Positions 9,329 to 19,338 of a DNA stretch of 64,000 nucleotides are shown one piece after another (positions within the stretch are counted from its first letter, which is position 1; every line of letters starts with the position of its first letter). The notes beneath the pieces are model-generated. The model did no database searches and was not told the origin of the DNA. It was given only the letters and a program-made list of their open reading frames with translations. Both the position numbers and the translations under genes were made by a program. Source of the stretch: an uncultured Myxococcales bacterium (GTDB lineage: Bacteria > Myxococcota_A > UBA9042 > DTJE01); the NCBI GenBank assembly GCA_903857665.1, contig CAIOFV010000159.1, positions 1,894-65,893 of the forward strand, written 5' to 3'.

Positions 9329-10696
9329 GTGGGGCTGCGGCAGGTGGTCGAGTTCTTCCGGACCGGCCCGGACCGCGCCCTGCGCAGCGACGACCCGGCC
9401 GTCATCGACCGCGAGTACAAACGTCGCCGCCGCAGCGTGTTCTGGTCGGTCACGCTGGGGTACGCGTTCTTCTACGTGGCCCGCATCAACTTTTCGGTCG
9501 TCAAGAAGCCACTGCTGGACGAGGGGATCCTGTCCGCGACCCAGATGGGCGTGATCGGGTCCACGATGCTGACGGTGTACGCGTTCGGGAAGCTGTCCAA
9601 CGGGTTCCTGTCGGACCGGGCGAACATCCGGCGCTTCATGTCCATCGCGTTGCTGTGCGCCGCTGTCATCAACCTGGCGCTGGGGTTCGTCACCTGGTTC
9701 TGGGCCTTCGCGATCCTGTGGGGACTGAACGGCTGGTTCCAGTCGGTCGGATCGGCGCCCAGCGTGGTGTCGCTGTCCCAATGGTTTTCGCCGCGCGAGC
9801 TGGGGACCCGGTACGGCCTGTGGTCGGTCAGCCACAGCATCGGGGAAGGCGCGACCTTCGCCATCACGGCAGCGCTCGTGTCCTGGCTGGGATGGCGATG
9901 GGGCTTCTGGGGCCCCGGCCTGCTGTGCGCCGGTGCGGCGCTGGCCCTGTACAAGACGCTGGCCGATCGACCCGCGACCTATGGCCTGCCGTCGGTGATG
10001 GACTACCGCGACGACCATCCGGCGCCCAGGCCCGAGGGCGAAACGCCCCGCGAGGCGGTGTCGGTGGGGCGCCTGCAGGTGGAGGTCCTGAAGAACCCGG
10101 CGATCTGGGTGCTGGGGCTGGCAGGGGCCACGATGTCCGCCGCCCGGTACGGGGTCAACAACTGGGGGATGCTGTACCTCCAGGAGGGAAAGGGCTACTC
10201 GATGACCGAGGCCGGGTCGATCCTGGCCGTGTACCCGATCGCCGCGCTGGCCGGCGCCGCGCTGTCCGGGTTCGTGTCGGACCGGCTGTTCGGGTCCCGC
10301 CGTAACATCCCCGCGCTGCTGATGGGCGTGATGGTCACGGCGACGCTGACGGCGCTGGCGCTGACGCCCGCGGGCGAGCCCTGGCTGGACTCGGCCATCC
10401 TGGCGGTGTTCGGCTTCAACATGGGCGGGCTGCTGACCTACCTGGGCGGGCTGATGGCGGTGGACCTGTCACCCAAGCGGGCCGCCGGGGCCGCGATGGG
10501 GATCATCGGCGTGTTCGCCTACCTGGGGGCGGCGATCCAGGACACCGTATCGGGGCTGCTGGTGGACCAGGGGCGGACCGTGACGGACGGCGTTTCTACC
10601 TATGATTTCGACCACATGCTGGCGTTCTGGATCGGCTGTTCGCTGGTGTCCATCCTGCTGACCCTGGGGGTCTGGAACGCCCGTCCCCGGGAATAG
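9329..10696 (+). CDS. MFS organophosphate:Pi antiporter (GlpT/UhpT/PgtP family) transporter
   Basis: YKRRRRSVFWSVTLGYAFFYVARINFSV is the OPA-family N-terminus (cf. GlpT ...GYAAYYLVRKNF). About 12 TM helices; length ~455 aa from GTG 9329, which is in frame and 4 nt after GGGGAGGGGAACC. No ATG exists in frame between the GIY-YIG stop and the conserved core, so the exact start is uncertain. Confidence 0.75.
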   Translation: MGLRQVVEFFRTGPDRALRSDDPAVIDREYKRRRRSVFWSVTLGYAFFYVARINFSVVKKPLLDEGILSATQMGVIGSTMLTVYAFGKLSNGFLSDRANIRRFMSIALLCAAVINLALGFVTWFWAFAILWGLNGWFQSVGSAPSVVSLSQWFSPRELGTRYGLWSVSHSIGEGATFAITAALVSWLGWRWGFWGPGLLCAGAALALYKTLADRPATYGLPSVMDYRDDHPAPRPEGETPREAVSVGRLQVEVLKNPAIWVLGLAGATMSAARYGVNNWGMLYLQEGKGYSMTEAGSILAVYPIAALAGAALSGFVSDRLFGSRRNIPALLMGVMVTATLTALALTPAGEPWLDSAILAVFGFNMGGLLTYLGGLMAVDLSPKRAAGAAMGIIGVFAYLGAAIQDTVSGLLVDQGRTVTDGVSTYDFDHMLAFWIGCSLVSILLTLGVWNARPRE

Positions 10697-10738
10697 GCTT
10701 TCGACTTCAAGACAGCCCATCTTCAGACCGACTTCTCC

Positions 10739-10767
10739 TTGACAGGAAAGGCCCGGCGGTGTACGTA
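10739..10767 (+). promoter_or_regulatory. putative sigma-70-type promoter for the LacI/iol genes (TTGACA - 17 bp - TACGTA)
   Basis: TTGACA at 10739-10744 and TACGTA at 10762-10767 with 17-bp spacing, about 70 bp upstream of the LacI ATG. Sequence inspection only. Confidence 0.3.
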
Positions 10768-10794
10768 AGCGTTTGCGCAGCGTAATCGTTTGCG
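10765..10794 (+). promoter_or_regulatory. two tandem LacI-family-operator-like half-palindromic sites (GTAAGCGTTTGCG / GTAATCGTTTGCG)
   Basis: Near-identical 13-mers at 10765-10777 and 10782-10794. Each resembles a LacI-type operator half (TGTAAGCG..). They overlap the putative -10 element. Confidence 0.3.
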
Positions 10795-10838
10795 GTGCGC
10801 GACGCCCCCGTTGTCGGTGGACGCCGGAGAGGAACGAC

Positions 10839-11909
10839 ATGGCAGCAACGCTGGTCGAAATCGCGCGCCTGGCCCGGGTTTCCGTGGCGACCGTGTCGAG
10901 GGCGCTGAACGGCCAACCCGGCGTCGGCCCCAAGATGCGCAAGCGGATCCAGGCCCTTGCGGCCCAGGTGGACTACACGCCCCACGCGAACGCCCGGGCG
11001 CTGGTCACCGGCCGCATCCCCTTCCTGGGCCTGGTGGTTCCAGACATCACGAACCCCTTCTTCCCGTCCCTGGCCCGGGGCGCCGAAGAGGCGGCCTTCG
11101 CCCGCGGATACAGCCTGCTGCTGCTGAACACCAACTGGAGCCCGACCCGGCTGCGCCAGGCGTTCGACCTGCTGACGTCGCGGCGCGTGGCGGGACTGAT
11201 GATATCGGTGCCCCTCGAAGGGCTGGGCGACGACCACCGCGAATGGGCCGGCCTGGCCCGCACGGTGGTGATGGCCGGGGTCCCCGCTCCGGCCGGCTCC
11301 GGGATCGGAACCGTGGACGTGGACGACCTGGAGGGCGGGCGACTGGTCGGGCGGCACCTGCTGGAGCGATCCTGGCGGCGGATCGGGTTCGTCGCCGGCT
11401 CGGCGGTGGATCGCTCGGCACGGGATCGACTGGCCGGCCTGCAGCAGGCCCTGGCCGAGGCGGGGCGGCCCGGGGCCCTGGGCGCGACCTCCGCCGGCGA
11501 GTGGTCCGAGGCCAGCGGGTACGAGCAGGCGCGTCGATTGCTGGCCCGTCGCAGCCGCCCGGACGCCATCTTCGCCGCCAACGACCTGCTGGCGCTGGGC
11601 GTGGCCCGCGCCTCGGCCGAGGCGGGACTGGCCCTGGGGACCGACCTGGGCCTGGTCGGGTATGACGACATCGACAGCGTGCGCTGGACCGCGGTGCCCA
11701 TCACCTCGGTCAGCCAGCCGGAGTTCGACGTGGGGCGCGAGGCCGCACGACGCCTGGTGGCGCTGGCCGAAGGCGCCGGCGCCGAACCGGATGTCCGCCT
11801 GGAGCCCCACCTGGTCATACGGGCCAGCAGCGGCGCTGCACGCGAGACTCGCGCTGCCACGGCGAACGGCGCCCTGGCCTCCCGGACTTCCACGGAGACG
11901 ATCGGATGA
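10839..11909 (+). CDS. LacI-family transcriptional regulator (likely iol operon repressor)
   Basis: ATG 10839 lies after GGAGAGGAA. N-terminal HTH MAATLVEIARLARVSVATVSRALNG is a LacI signature, followed by a periplasmic-binding-fold sugar-binding domain. The stop overlaps the next start (ATGA at 11906-11909). Confidence 0.85.
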   Translation: MAATLVEIARLARVSVATVSRALNGQPGVGPKMRKRIQALAAQVDYTPHANARALVTGRIPFLGLVVPDITNPFFPSLARGAEEAAFARGYSLLLLNTNWSPTRLRQAFDLLTSRRVAGLMISVPLEGLGDDHREWAGLARTVVMAGVPAPAGSGIGTVDVDDLEGGRLVGRHLLERSWRRIGFVAGSAVDRSARDRLAGLQQALAEAGRPGALGATSAGEWSEASGYEQARRLLARRSRPDAIFAANDLLALGVARASAEAGLALGTDLGLVGYDDIDSVRWTAVPITSVSQPEFDVGREAARRLVALAEGAGAEPDVRLEPHLVIRASSGAARETRAATANGALASRTSTETIG

Positions 11910-13387
11910 GCACACCCATCCTGAAGAACTACGTGAACAGCGCGTTCGTGGACGCGGGCTGCCGTGGGCTGCTGGACGTCGAGAACCCGTCGACCGGCGC
12001 CGTGATCGCGCAGGTCCCGCTGTCTACCGCCGAGGAAGTAGATCGGGTCGTCCGAACTGCAGCCGCAGCGTTCCCCGGCTGGGCAGCCACTCCCGTGGCC
12101 CGCCGGGTCAAGCCCCTGTTCGAGCTTGCGGAACGCATGCGCCGCGACGAGGAGGGGCTGTGCCGCGTGCTGGTCGAGGAGATGGGCAAGTCCCTGCCCG
12201 ACGCCCGCGCGGAAATGAAGCGGGCCATCGAGAACCTCGAGGTCGCCTGCGGAATGCCGATGCTGCAGCAGGGCGAGCGGCTGGTGGGGTGCTCCTTCGA
12301 GATGGATGGCGAGGTGCTGCGCATGCCCGTGGGCGTGTTCGGCATGATCGCCCCGTACAACTTCCCGGCGATGGTGCCGTTCTGGTTCCTGCCGTATGCC
12401 ATTGCCACCGGCAACACCTTCGTGGTGAAGGCCAGCGAGCAGGTCCCGAACACGATGCAGCGGATCTTCGAGCACCTGGACGCCGTGGGCCTGCCGCCCG
12501 GCGTGGTGTCACTGGTCCACGGGGACCGGGTCGCGGCCGAGGCGCTGGTCGAGCACCCCGACGTGGCGGGGATCTCGTTCGTGGGCTCCACGAAGGTCGC
12601 CCGGCAGGTGGCCGCCCGCTGCGCGGCGACGGGCAAGCGCTTCCAGGCCCTGGGCAGCGCCAAGAACCACCTGGTCGTGATGCCCGACGCCCGCATGGAC
12701 GAGGTGGTGCGCAACATGATCTCGTCGTGCTTCGGGTGCGCCGGGCAGCGGTGCATGGCGTCGTCGGCCATCGTGGCCGTAGGCGACGCGACCTATCGCG
12801 AAACGATCGACCGCTTCGTCGCCGCGTCCCGCGACGTCGTGGTCGCCGACCCGCTGGACCCGCGGTTCGCCGACGAGCAGATGCTGATGGGCCCGGTCAT
12901 CTCGGCGAGGCACAAGGACTACGTGCTGAACATGATCGACGTGGGCGTCCGCGAGGGCGCGACGCTGGCGCTGGACGGCCGAGGCCTGACGATCCCGGGG
13001 AGGGAGGGAGGCCACTTCATCGGCCCGACGGTGCTGACGGACGTGCGCCCCGGCATGGCGGTGCACCAGACGGAAATCTTCGGCCCGGTGGTGGTGATCC
13101 TGAAGGCCGATTCGTTCGAGGAGGCGGTCGGGATCCTCAACGACCATCCCTACGGGAACGGCGCGTCGCTGTATACCCAGAGCGGGTACTGGGCCCGCCG
13201 CTTCAAGATGGAGGCGCGCGCCGGGATGCTGGGCATCAACGTCGGGATCCCTGCGCCGGTCGCGTACCTGCCCTTCGGGGGCACCAAGGCGTCGGCGTTC
13301 ACGGACATCAAGGCGCAGGGCCGCGAGGTGGTGTCCTTCTTCACCGAGTCCCGGATCGTCACCGAACGCTTCTGGCCGGAGGCATGA
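11906..13387 (+). CDS. iolA: CoA-acylating methylmalonate-semialdehyde / malonate-semialdehyde dehydrogenase
   Basis: 493-aa aldehyde dehydrogenase with FVGSTKVARQV and catalytic CMASS-type motifs (GQRCMA). It has the MmsA/IolA length and is the first gene of an iol operon. Confidence 0.85.
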   Translation: MSTPILKNYVNSAFVDAGCRGLLDVENPSTGAVIAQVPLSTAEEVDRVVRTAAAAFPGWAATPVARRVKPLFELAERMRRDEEGLCRVLVEEMGKSLPDARAEMKRAIENLEVACGMPMLQQGERLVGCSFEMDGEVLRMPVGVFGMIAPYNFPAMVPFWFLPYAIATGNTFVVKASEQVPNTMQRIFEHLDAVGLPPGVVSLVHGDRVAAEALVEHPDVAGISFVGSTKVARQVAARCAATGKRFQALGSAKNHLVVMPDARMDEVVRNMISSCFGCAGQRCMASSAIVAVGDATYRETIDRFVAASRDVVVADPLDPRFADEQMLMGPVISARHKDYVLNMIDVGVREGATLALDGRGLTIPGREGGHFIGPTVLTDVRPGMAVHQTEIFGPVVVILKADSFEEAVGILNDHPYGNGASLYTQSGYWARRFKMEARAGMLGINVGIPAPVAYLPFGGTKASAFTDIKAQGREVVSFFTESRIVTERFWPEA

Positions 13388-14484
13388 CCATGGGCGAAAC
13401 GAACGGCGGGTACCTGGGCCCGCTGCACCAGACCGTCGCGACGACGGCCACCGACTTCTGGAACGACAGCTGCGCGTCGGACGAACTGGCCGACGCGATG
13501 GTGCACGGTGCGGTGGGCGCCACCACGAACCCGACCATCGTGCTGGAGGTGCTGCGGAAGGAACTGCCGCGGTGGCGGGACCGGATCCTCGCGATGGGCC
13601 GGGAGATGCCGACCGGGTCGGAGGTCGATGTCGCGTGGCGCCTCATCGAGGAGATGGCCGTCGCCGGCGCGCGGCAGTTGATGCCCGTGTTCGAACGCGA
13701 AGGCGGCCGGAAGGGGCGCCTGTCGATCCAGACCAACCCCGAGTGGTACCGGAACGCGCCGGCGCTGGTGGCGCAGGCCGAGCACTTCGCGGGCCTCGCC
13801 CCGAACATGCAGGTGAAGATCCCCGCGACCCGGGCCGGCATCGAGGCGATCGAGGAGGCCACGTTCCGGGGCGTCAACATCAACGCGACGGTCAGCTTCA
13901 CGGTGCCCCAGGCGCTGGCGGTGGGCGAGGCGGTCGAGCGGGGGCTGCGGCGGCGGGAGGCGGAGGGCCGCGAGGTCGCGTCGATGGCGCCGGTCTGCAC
14001 GCTGATGGTGGGCCGGCTGGACGACTGGCTGAAGGTCGTCGCGAAACGGGACGGGATCGTCTGCACGCCCGGCGACCTGGACTGGGCCGGGATCGCGTGC
14101 ATGAAGCGAGCGTATGGGATCTACCGGGAGCGGGGCCTGCGGACGCGCCTGCTGGCTGCGGCGTACCGCCACCATATGCACTGGTCGGAACTGATCGGCG
14201 GCGACGTGATCCTGACGATCCCGCACGCCTGGCAGCGCCTGTTCCACGCGTCGGACATCGAGTGCCGGCCGCGCTTCGACGACCCGGTGGACCCCGCGAT
14301 CCTGGAAGGGCTGTTGCGCCGCTTCCCCGATTTCCGGCGCGCCTACGCGCCCGACGGGCTGTCGGCGGACGAATTCGACGGGTTCGGCGCGACGGCGCGG
14401 ACGCTGCGGGCGTTCCTGGAATCGTACCACCAGTTGCTGGCGCTGGTCCGGGACGTGCTGCTGCCGAACCCGGACCTGGGGTGA
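13384..14484 (+). CDS. transaldolase-family protein (transaldolase / fructose-6-phosphate-aldolase superfamily)
   Basis: ATG overlaps the iolA stop (gcATGAccATG). TATDFWNDSCASDEL...GATTNPTIV and the Schiff-base Lys region QVKIPAT are present. 367 aa. Confidence 0.8.
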   Translation: MTMGETNGGYLGPLHQTVATTATDFWNDSCASDELADAMVHGAVGATTNPTIVLEVLRKELPRWRDRILAMGREMPTGSEVDVAWRLIEEMAVAGARQLMPVFEREGGRKGRLSIQTNPEWYRNAPALVAQAEHFAGLAPNMQVKIPATRAGIEAIEEATFRGVNINATVSFTVPQALAVGEAVERGLRRREAEGREVASMAPVCTLMVGRLDDWLKVVAKRDGIVCTPGDLDWAGIACMKRAYGIYRERGLRTRLLAAAYRHHMHWSELIGGDVILTIPHAWQRLFHASDIECRPRFDDPVDPAILEGLLRRFPDFRRAYAPDGLSADEFDGFGATARTLRAFLESYHQLLALVRDVLLPNPDLG

Positions 14485-14569
14485 CAGGCCTGGGGCAAGC
14501 GGTTCGCAAAGGAACGACAGGTTCGGAGCAGGCCCGGAGAACGAACGCAGGAAAGGAGCAAAAAGCGGA

Positions 14570-15403
14570 ATGGACGAGCACCCGCGACGCATCCGGCACC
14601 CGGAAGGATTCGCGCCCGGCGTGACCCCGATCACGCGCATCGGCGCGGCCCGAGACGACACCGGCATGGACTTCGACATGGTGGTGATGCGGCCGGGCGA
14701 GGTCATCGAGGAAACCTGCGCCCTGGAAACCGCGTGGCTGCTGCTGTCCGGGGAAGCGGCGCTGGCCTGGACGGCTTCCGGGCTTCCAGGAAGTGCGGCG
14801 ACGGTGCGGCGGGACTCGATCTTCGACGAGGATCCGATCGCGCTGCACCTGCCCGTGGGGACGCATGCCCGCGTCGAGGCCCGGTCGGACGTCGAGTGGG
14901 CCCGGTTCCGCACGGCAAACGACGCGGCCTTCCCGGCCACGCTGTTCACCCACGACAACCTGCTGGAGTCCGAGGACCGGGACAAGGGGCTGTGGGGGGA
15001 CGCGGCCTGGCGGATCGTCCGGACGATCTTCGACACGCGCAACCGGCCGACGGCCCGCCTGGTGCTGGGCGAGGTGATCAACTTCCCGGGGCGCTGGTCG
15101 TCCTATCCCCCCCACCACCACCCGCACCCGGAAATCTACCACTACCGGTTCACGGCCCCACAGGGCTATGGCCACGGCGAGCTGGGCGACGAGGTGCTGA
15201 AGGTCCGTGCCCACGACACGGTGCTGATCCTGGACGGCGACGACCACAGCCAGGTCGCCGCTCCCGGATACGGCATGTACTACATCTGGGCCATCCGGCA
15301 CCTCGACGGAAACCCCTACGTCGCCCCGGAATTCACGGCCGAGCACCGGTGGATGAAGGTCCCCGGCGCGACGATGCCCCGCATCGGCAGGAGGAACGGA
15401 TGA
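14570..15403 (+). CDS. iolB: 5-deoxy-glucuronate isomerase
   Basis: 277 aa, KduI/IolB cupin family. RBS AAAGGAG. Preceded by an 85-bp gap; the stop overlaps the iolD start. Confidence 0.8.
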   Translation: MDEHPRRIRHPEGFAPGVTPITRIGAARDDTGMDFDMVVMRPGEVIEETCALETAWLLLSGEAALAWTASGLPGSAATVRRDSIFDEDPIALHLPVGTHARVEARSDVEWARFRTANDAAFPATLFTHDNLLESEDRDKGLWGDAAWRIVRTIFDTRNRPTARLVLGEVINFPGRWSSYPPHHHPHPEIYHYRFTAPQGYGHGELGDEVLKVRAHDTVLILDGDDHSQVAAPGYGMYYIWAIRHLDGNPYVAPEFTAEHRWMKVPGATMPRIGRRNG

Positions 15404-17271
15404 CGACCCGCTTGACCATGGCACAGGCCCTGGTGCGGTTCCTGACGCAGCAGTACGTGGAACGGGACGGGGTCCAGCGCCGCTTCTTCGGCGGCTGCTT
15501 CGGCATCTTCGGCCACGGCAACGTCGCCGGGATCGGGCAGGCGCTGCAGGAGCACCCGGACTTCCCGTTCATCCCCGTCCGCAACGAGCAGGCGCAGGTG
15601 AACGCCGCGGCCGGGTACGCGAGGATGAACAACCGGCTGGGCGCGATGGCCTGCACGTCGTCGATCGGCCCGGGCGCCACGAACATGGTGACCGGGGCCG
15701 CGATGGCGACGATCAACCGCCTGCCGGTGCTGCTGCTGCCCGGCGACATCTTCGCACGGCGTAACGTGGCGCCGGTGCTGCAGCAGTTGGAATCCGAGTC
15801 CGGGCAGGACGTGTCGGTCAACGACTGCTTCCGCCCGGTGTCCCGGTACTGGGATCGGATCGGGCGCCCCGAACAATTGCTGACGGCCCTTCCGGAGGCG
15901 ATGCGGGTGCTGACGTCGCCGGCCCAGACCGGCGCAGTGACGCTGTGCCTGCCCCAGGACGTCCAGGCGGAGGCGCACGACTTCCCGACGGCCTGCTTCC
16001 AGAAGAGGGTCTGGCACATCGCGCGGGCCCGTCCCGACACGGCGGCGCTGGACAAGGCCGCGGCGTGGATCCGCAAGGCCCGGCGGCCGATGATCGTGGC
16101 CGGCGGGGGGGTCATCTATAGCGACGCGACGGATGCGTTGGCCCGGTTGTGCGCCGCGACCGGGATTCCCGTGGGCGAGTCCCAGGCGGGAAAAGGCGCC
16201 CTGTCGTTCGACCACCCGTCGAACCTCGGTGGCGTGGGAGCGACCGGGACCCTGGCGGCCAACCGGGTGGCCCTGGACGCGGACCTCGTCATCGGGATCG
16301 GGACGCGCTACTCCGATTTCACGACCGCGTCCAAGACCCAGTTCCAGGGCCCGGGCGTCCGGTTCATCAACCTGAACGTGGCGGAATTCGACGCATTCAA
16401 GCACGACGGGCTGGCGCTGGTGGGCGACGCCCGGGCGGCGCTGGAAGAACTGGCGACGCGGCTGGCGGGCTGGAAGGTCGATGACGCGTACGCGGCGCTC
16501 TGTGCGGACCTGCGCCGCGAATGGGACACCGAGGCCGCGCGGCTGGTGGCGCCGACCGGAGACGGGCGGATCGGGCAGGCCGAGGTCATCGGGATCATCA
16601 ACGACACGATCCGGCCCGACGGCGTCGTGATCAACGCCGCCGGCAGCGCGCCCGGAGACCTGCACAAGTTGTGGCGGGCACGCCATCCCAAGCAGTACCA
16701 CGTGGAATACGGCTACTCGACGATGGGCTACGAGATCCCTGCGGGGCTCGGCGTCAAACTGGCGGCGCCCGAGAGGGAGGTCGTCGCGCTGGTCGGCGAC
16801 GGGACCTTCCTGATGATGCCGTCCGAGCTGGTCACGGCGGCGCAGGAAGGCCTGCGGATGACCGTCGTGCTGGTGGACAACCACGGCTACGCCAGCATCG
16901 GCAGCCTGTCGGAGTCGCTGGGCAGCGGCGGGTTCGGCTGCCGGTACAGATACCGCGCGGGGGACGGGACCCTGTCGGGCGACGACCTGCGGCTGGACTT
17001 CGTGTCGATCGCGCGCGGGATGGGCGTTCACGCGGTGCGGGCCGAGGACGGCGAGGCGCTGCGGCGCGAGATGGTTGCGGCGCGCGATCGGGAAGGCACC
17101 ACGGTCATCGTGGTGGAGTGCGATCGGGACAAGCACGTCGGCGGCTACGACTCCTGGTGGGACGTCGCGGTCGCCGAGGTATCGACGATGGACGAGGTCC
17201 GGCGCGTCCGGGCCGGGTACGAGCAGGCGGTGCGCAAGGAACGAAACTTCTTCGGGGAGAAGCGAACATGA
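15400..17271 (+). CDS. iolD: 3D-(3,5/4)-trihydroxycyclohexane-1,2-dione hydrolase (TPP-dependent)
   Basis: ATG 15400 lies after GGAGGAACGG. 623 aa with an acetolactate-synthase-like TPP fold (GDGTFLM, GxxGxG). ATGA overlaps on both sides. Confidence 0.85.
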   Translation: MTTRLTMAQALVRFLTQQYVERDGVQRRFFGGCFGIFGHGNVAGIGQALQEHPDFPFIPVRNEQAQVNAAAGYARMNNRLGAMACTSSIGPGATNMVTGAAMATINRLPVLLLPGDIFARRNVAPVLQQLESESGQDVSVNDCFRPVSRYWDRIGRPEQLLTALPEAMRVLTSPAQTGAVTLCLPQDVQAEAHDFPTACFQKRVWHIARARPDTAALDKAAAWIRKARRPMIVAGGGVIYSDATDALARLCAATGIPVGESQAGKGALSFDHPSNLGGVGATGTLAANRVALDADLVIGIGTRYSDFTTASKTQFQGPGVRFINLNVAEFDAFKHDGLALVGDARAALEELATRLAGWKVDDAYAALCADLRREWDTEAARLVAPTGDGRIGQAEVIGIINDTIRPDGVVINAAGSAPGDLHKLWRARHPKQYHVEYGYSTMGYEIPAGLGVKLAAPEREVVALVGDGTFLMMPSELVTAAQEGLRMTVVLVDNHGYASIGSLSESLGSGGFGCRYRYRAGDGTLSGDDLRLDFVSIARGMGVHAVRAEDGEALRREMVAARDREGTTVIVVECDRDKHVGGYDSWWDVAVAEVSTMDEVRRVRAGYEQAVRKERNFFGEKRT

Positions 17272-18170
17272 GCCGGATCCGTGTCGCGAACGCGCCGTGT
17301 TCCTGGGGTGTGCTGGAATTCGATCTGGATGGGCAGGCAAGCGGCGGCGAGCGGGTGCTGTCCGAGATGGCCGCCACGGGATTCGTCGGGACCGAGCTGG
17401 GCGACTGGGGCTTCCTGCCCACCGAGCCTCCGGCGCTGAAGACGATGCTGGACCGCCACGGCCTGGGCATGGTCGGAGCGTTCGTGCCCGTCGCCCTGCG
17501 GGATCCGGCTGCCCACGAGCCGGGCGCGGAAGCCGCCGTGAAGGTGGCTCGCCTGCTGGCCGCCGTGGCCGAGGCGCCGTTCGTCGTGCTGGCCGACGAC
17601 AACGGCAAGGTCCCGGAACGGACCGCCAACGCCGGGCGGATCAAGCCGGCCCAGGGCCTGAGCGACGCCGAATGGACGGTGTTCGCGGCCGGCGCGAACC
17701 GGGTCGCGGCCGCAGTGCGCAAGGAAACCGGCCTGCGGACCGTGTTCCACCACCACTGCGCCGGGTTCGTCGAAACACCCGCCGAGGTGGCGACGTTGCT
17801 GGACCGGACCGACCCGGACCTGGTGGGACTGTGCCTGGACATGGGCCACTACGCATTCGGCGGCGGCAACCCGATGGAGGCGCTGGAACGCTACGGCGAC
17901 CGCATCCGGCACATCCACTTCAAGGACTGCGAGCCTACCGTGGCCGCGCGTTCGCGGGCCGAGAACTGGGACTACTTCACGTCGGTCGGAAAGGGCGTGT
18001 TCTGCGAACTGGGCCTGGGTTCGGTGCCGTTCCCGGCGATCCTGAAGACGCTGCAGCAGCGCGGGTTCGACGGCTGGGTCGTGGTCGAGCAGGACGTGCT
18101 GCCGGGCATGGGCACGCCGCTGGAAAGCGCCCGGCGGAACCGGGAGTACCTGGCGCGGATCGGCCTGTAG
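17268..18170 (+). CDS. iolE: inosose dehydratase (xylose-isomerase-like TIM barrel)
   Basis: ATG 17268 overlaps the iolD stop. 300-aa sugar-phosphate isomerase/epimerase fold, at the IolE position of the operon. Confidence 0.75.
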   Translation: MSRIRVANAPCSWGVLEFDLDGQASGGERVLSEMAATGFVGTELGDWGFLPTEPPALKTMLDRHGLGMVGAFVPVALRDPAAHEPGAEAAVKVARLLAAVAEAPFVVLADDNGKVPERTANAGRIKPAQGLSDAEWTVFAAGANRVAAAVRKETGLRTVFHHHCAGFVETPAEVATLLDRTDPDLVGLCLDMGHYAFGGGNPMEALERYGDRIRHIHFKDCEPTVAARSRAENWDYFTSVGKGVFCELGLGSVPFPAILKTLQQRGFDGWVVVEQDVLPGMGTPLESARRNREYLARIGL

Positions 18171-18245
18171 GACGCGGGCGACGGGCGCCGATCGACGGGG
18201 ATGAAGGATCGTCGCGGCACGGTGCCGCGACTGAAGGAGCAGCGA

Positions 18246-19277
18246 ATGAACATGGCGAACAAGTTCCGGGTCGGCGTAATCGGTGCGGGACGGATCGGCG
18301 TGGTGCATGCCCGGACGATGGCCCGGATCCCGGGCTTCGAGGTGCGGGCGGTGGCGGACCCCGTGGTTGCGGCGGCGGGTCGGCTTGCCGCGGAGCTGGG
18401 CATCCCGACGGCGACGTCGGACTACCGGGAGATCCTGGCGGACCCGGCGATCGACGCGGTGCTGGTCTGCAGCAGCACCGACACGCACGCGGACATCGTC
18501 ATCGCGGCCAGCGCGGCGGGCAAGCACATCTTCTGCGAAAAGCCGGTCGATCTGTCGCTGGAAAAGGTCGATCGGGCCCTGGCCGCCGTGAAGGCAGCCG
18601 GCGTCACCTTCCAGGTGGGGTTCAACCGCCGCTTCGACCCCGACTTCAAGCGGATCCACGACCTGCTGGCCGACGGTGCGCTGGGCACCCCGCACCTGCT
18701 GCGCATCGCCAGCCGGGACCCGAACCCGCCGTCGCCCGAGTACGCGGCCGTGTCCGGGGGCATGTTCCTGGACATGACGATCCACGACTTCGACATGGCC
18801 CGCTACCTGATGGGCTGCGAGGTCGAGGAGATCTACGTCGCGGCGGCCGTGCTGGTGGACCCGGCGATCGGCGCGGCGGGCGACGTCGATACGGCCCTGA
18901 TCACGCTGCGGTTCGAAAACGGGGCGCTGGGCACCATCGACAACTGCCGACGGGCGGTGTTCGGGTACGACCAGCGGGTCGAAGTGCTGGGTTCGAAGGG
19001 CATGGCGGCCAACCGCAACCACGGTCCGGACACCGTGGTCGTGTCCGGCGCGACCCACATCGAGGAATCCCTTCCGCTGAACTTCTTCATGGAGCGCTAC
19101 GTCCCGTCGTTCAAGGCCGAGATCCAGGCCTTCGCGGACGCCGTGTCGTCCAGCACGACGCCTCCGGTGGGCGGCGAGGACGGGCGGCAGGCGCTGCTAC
19201 TGGGTCTGGCGGCGAAGCGGTCCTGGAAGGAGCATCGCCCGGTGCGACTGGCCGAGGTGGACCCGCGGCGCGCGTGA
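18246..19277 (+). CDS. iolG: myo-inositol 2-dehydrogenase (Gfo/Idh/MocA family)
   Basis: ATG 18246 lies 6 nt after AAGGAG. Rossmann motif VGVIGAGRIG plus EKP motif (FCEKP). An earlier in-frame ATG at 18201 has no RBS. Confidence 0.85.
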   Translation: MNMANKFRVGVIGAGRIGVVHARTMARIPGFEVRAVADPVVAAAGRLAAELGIPTATSDYREILADPAIDAVLVCSSTDTHADIVIAASAAGKHIFCEKPVDLSLEKVDRALAAVKAAGVTFQVGFNRRFDPDFKRIHDLLADGALGTPHLLRIASRDPNPPSPEYAAVSGGMFLDMTIHDFDMARYLMGCEVEEIYVAAAVLVDPAIGAAGDVDTALITLRFENGALGTIDNCRRAVFGYDQRVEVLGSKGMAANRNHGPDTVVVSGATHIEESLPLNFFMERYVPSFKAEIQAFADAVSSSTTPPVGGEDGRQALLLGLAAKRSWKEHRPVRLAEVDPRRA

Positions 19278-19338
19278 CGCGACCCGGTCCGCCCCCGCCC
19301 GAGCACGGAGGCTGAACAAGAACACAGGACTCGAACCC

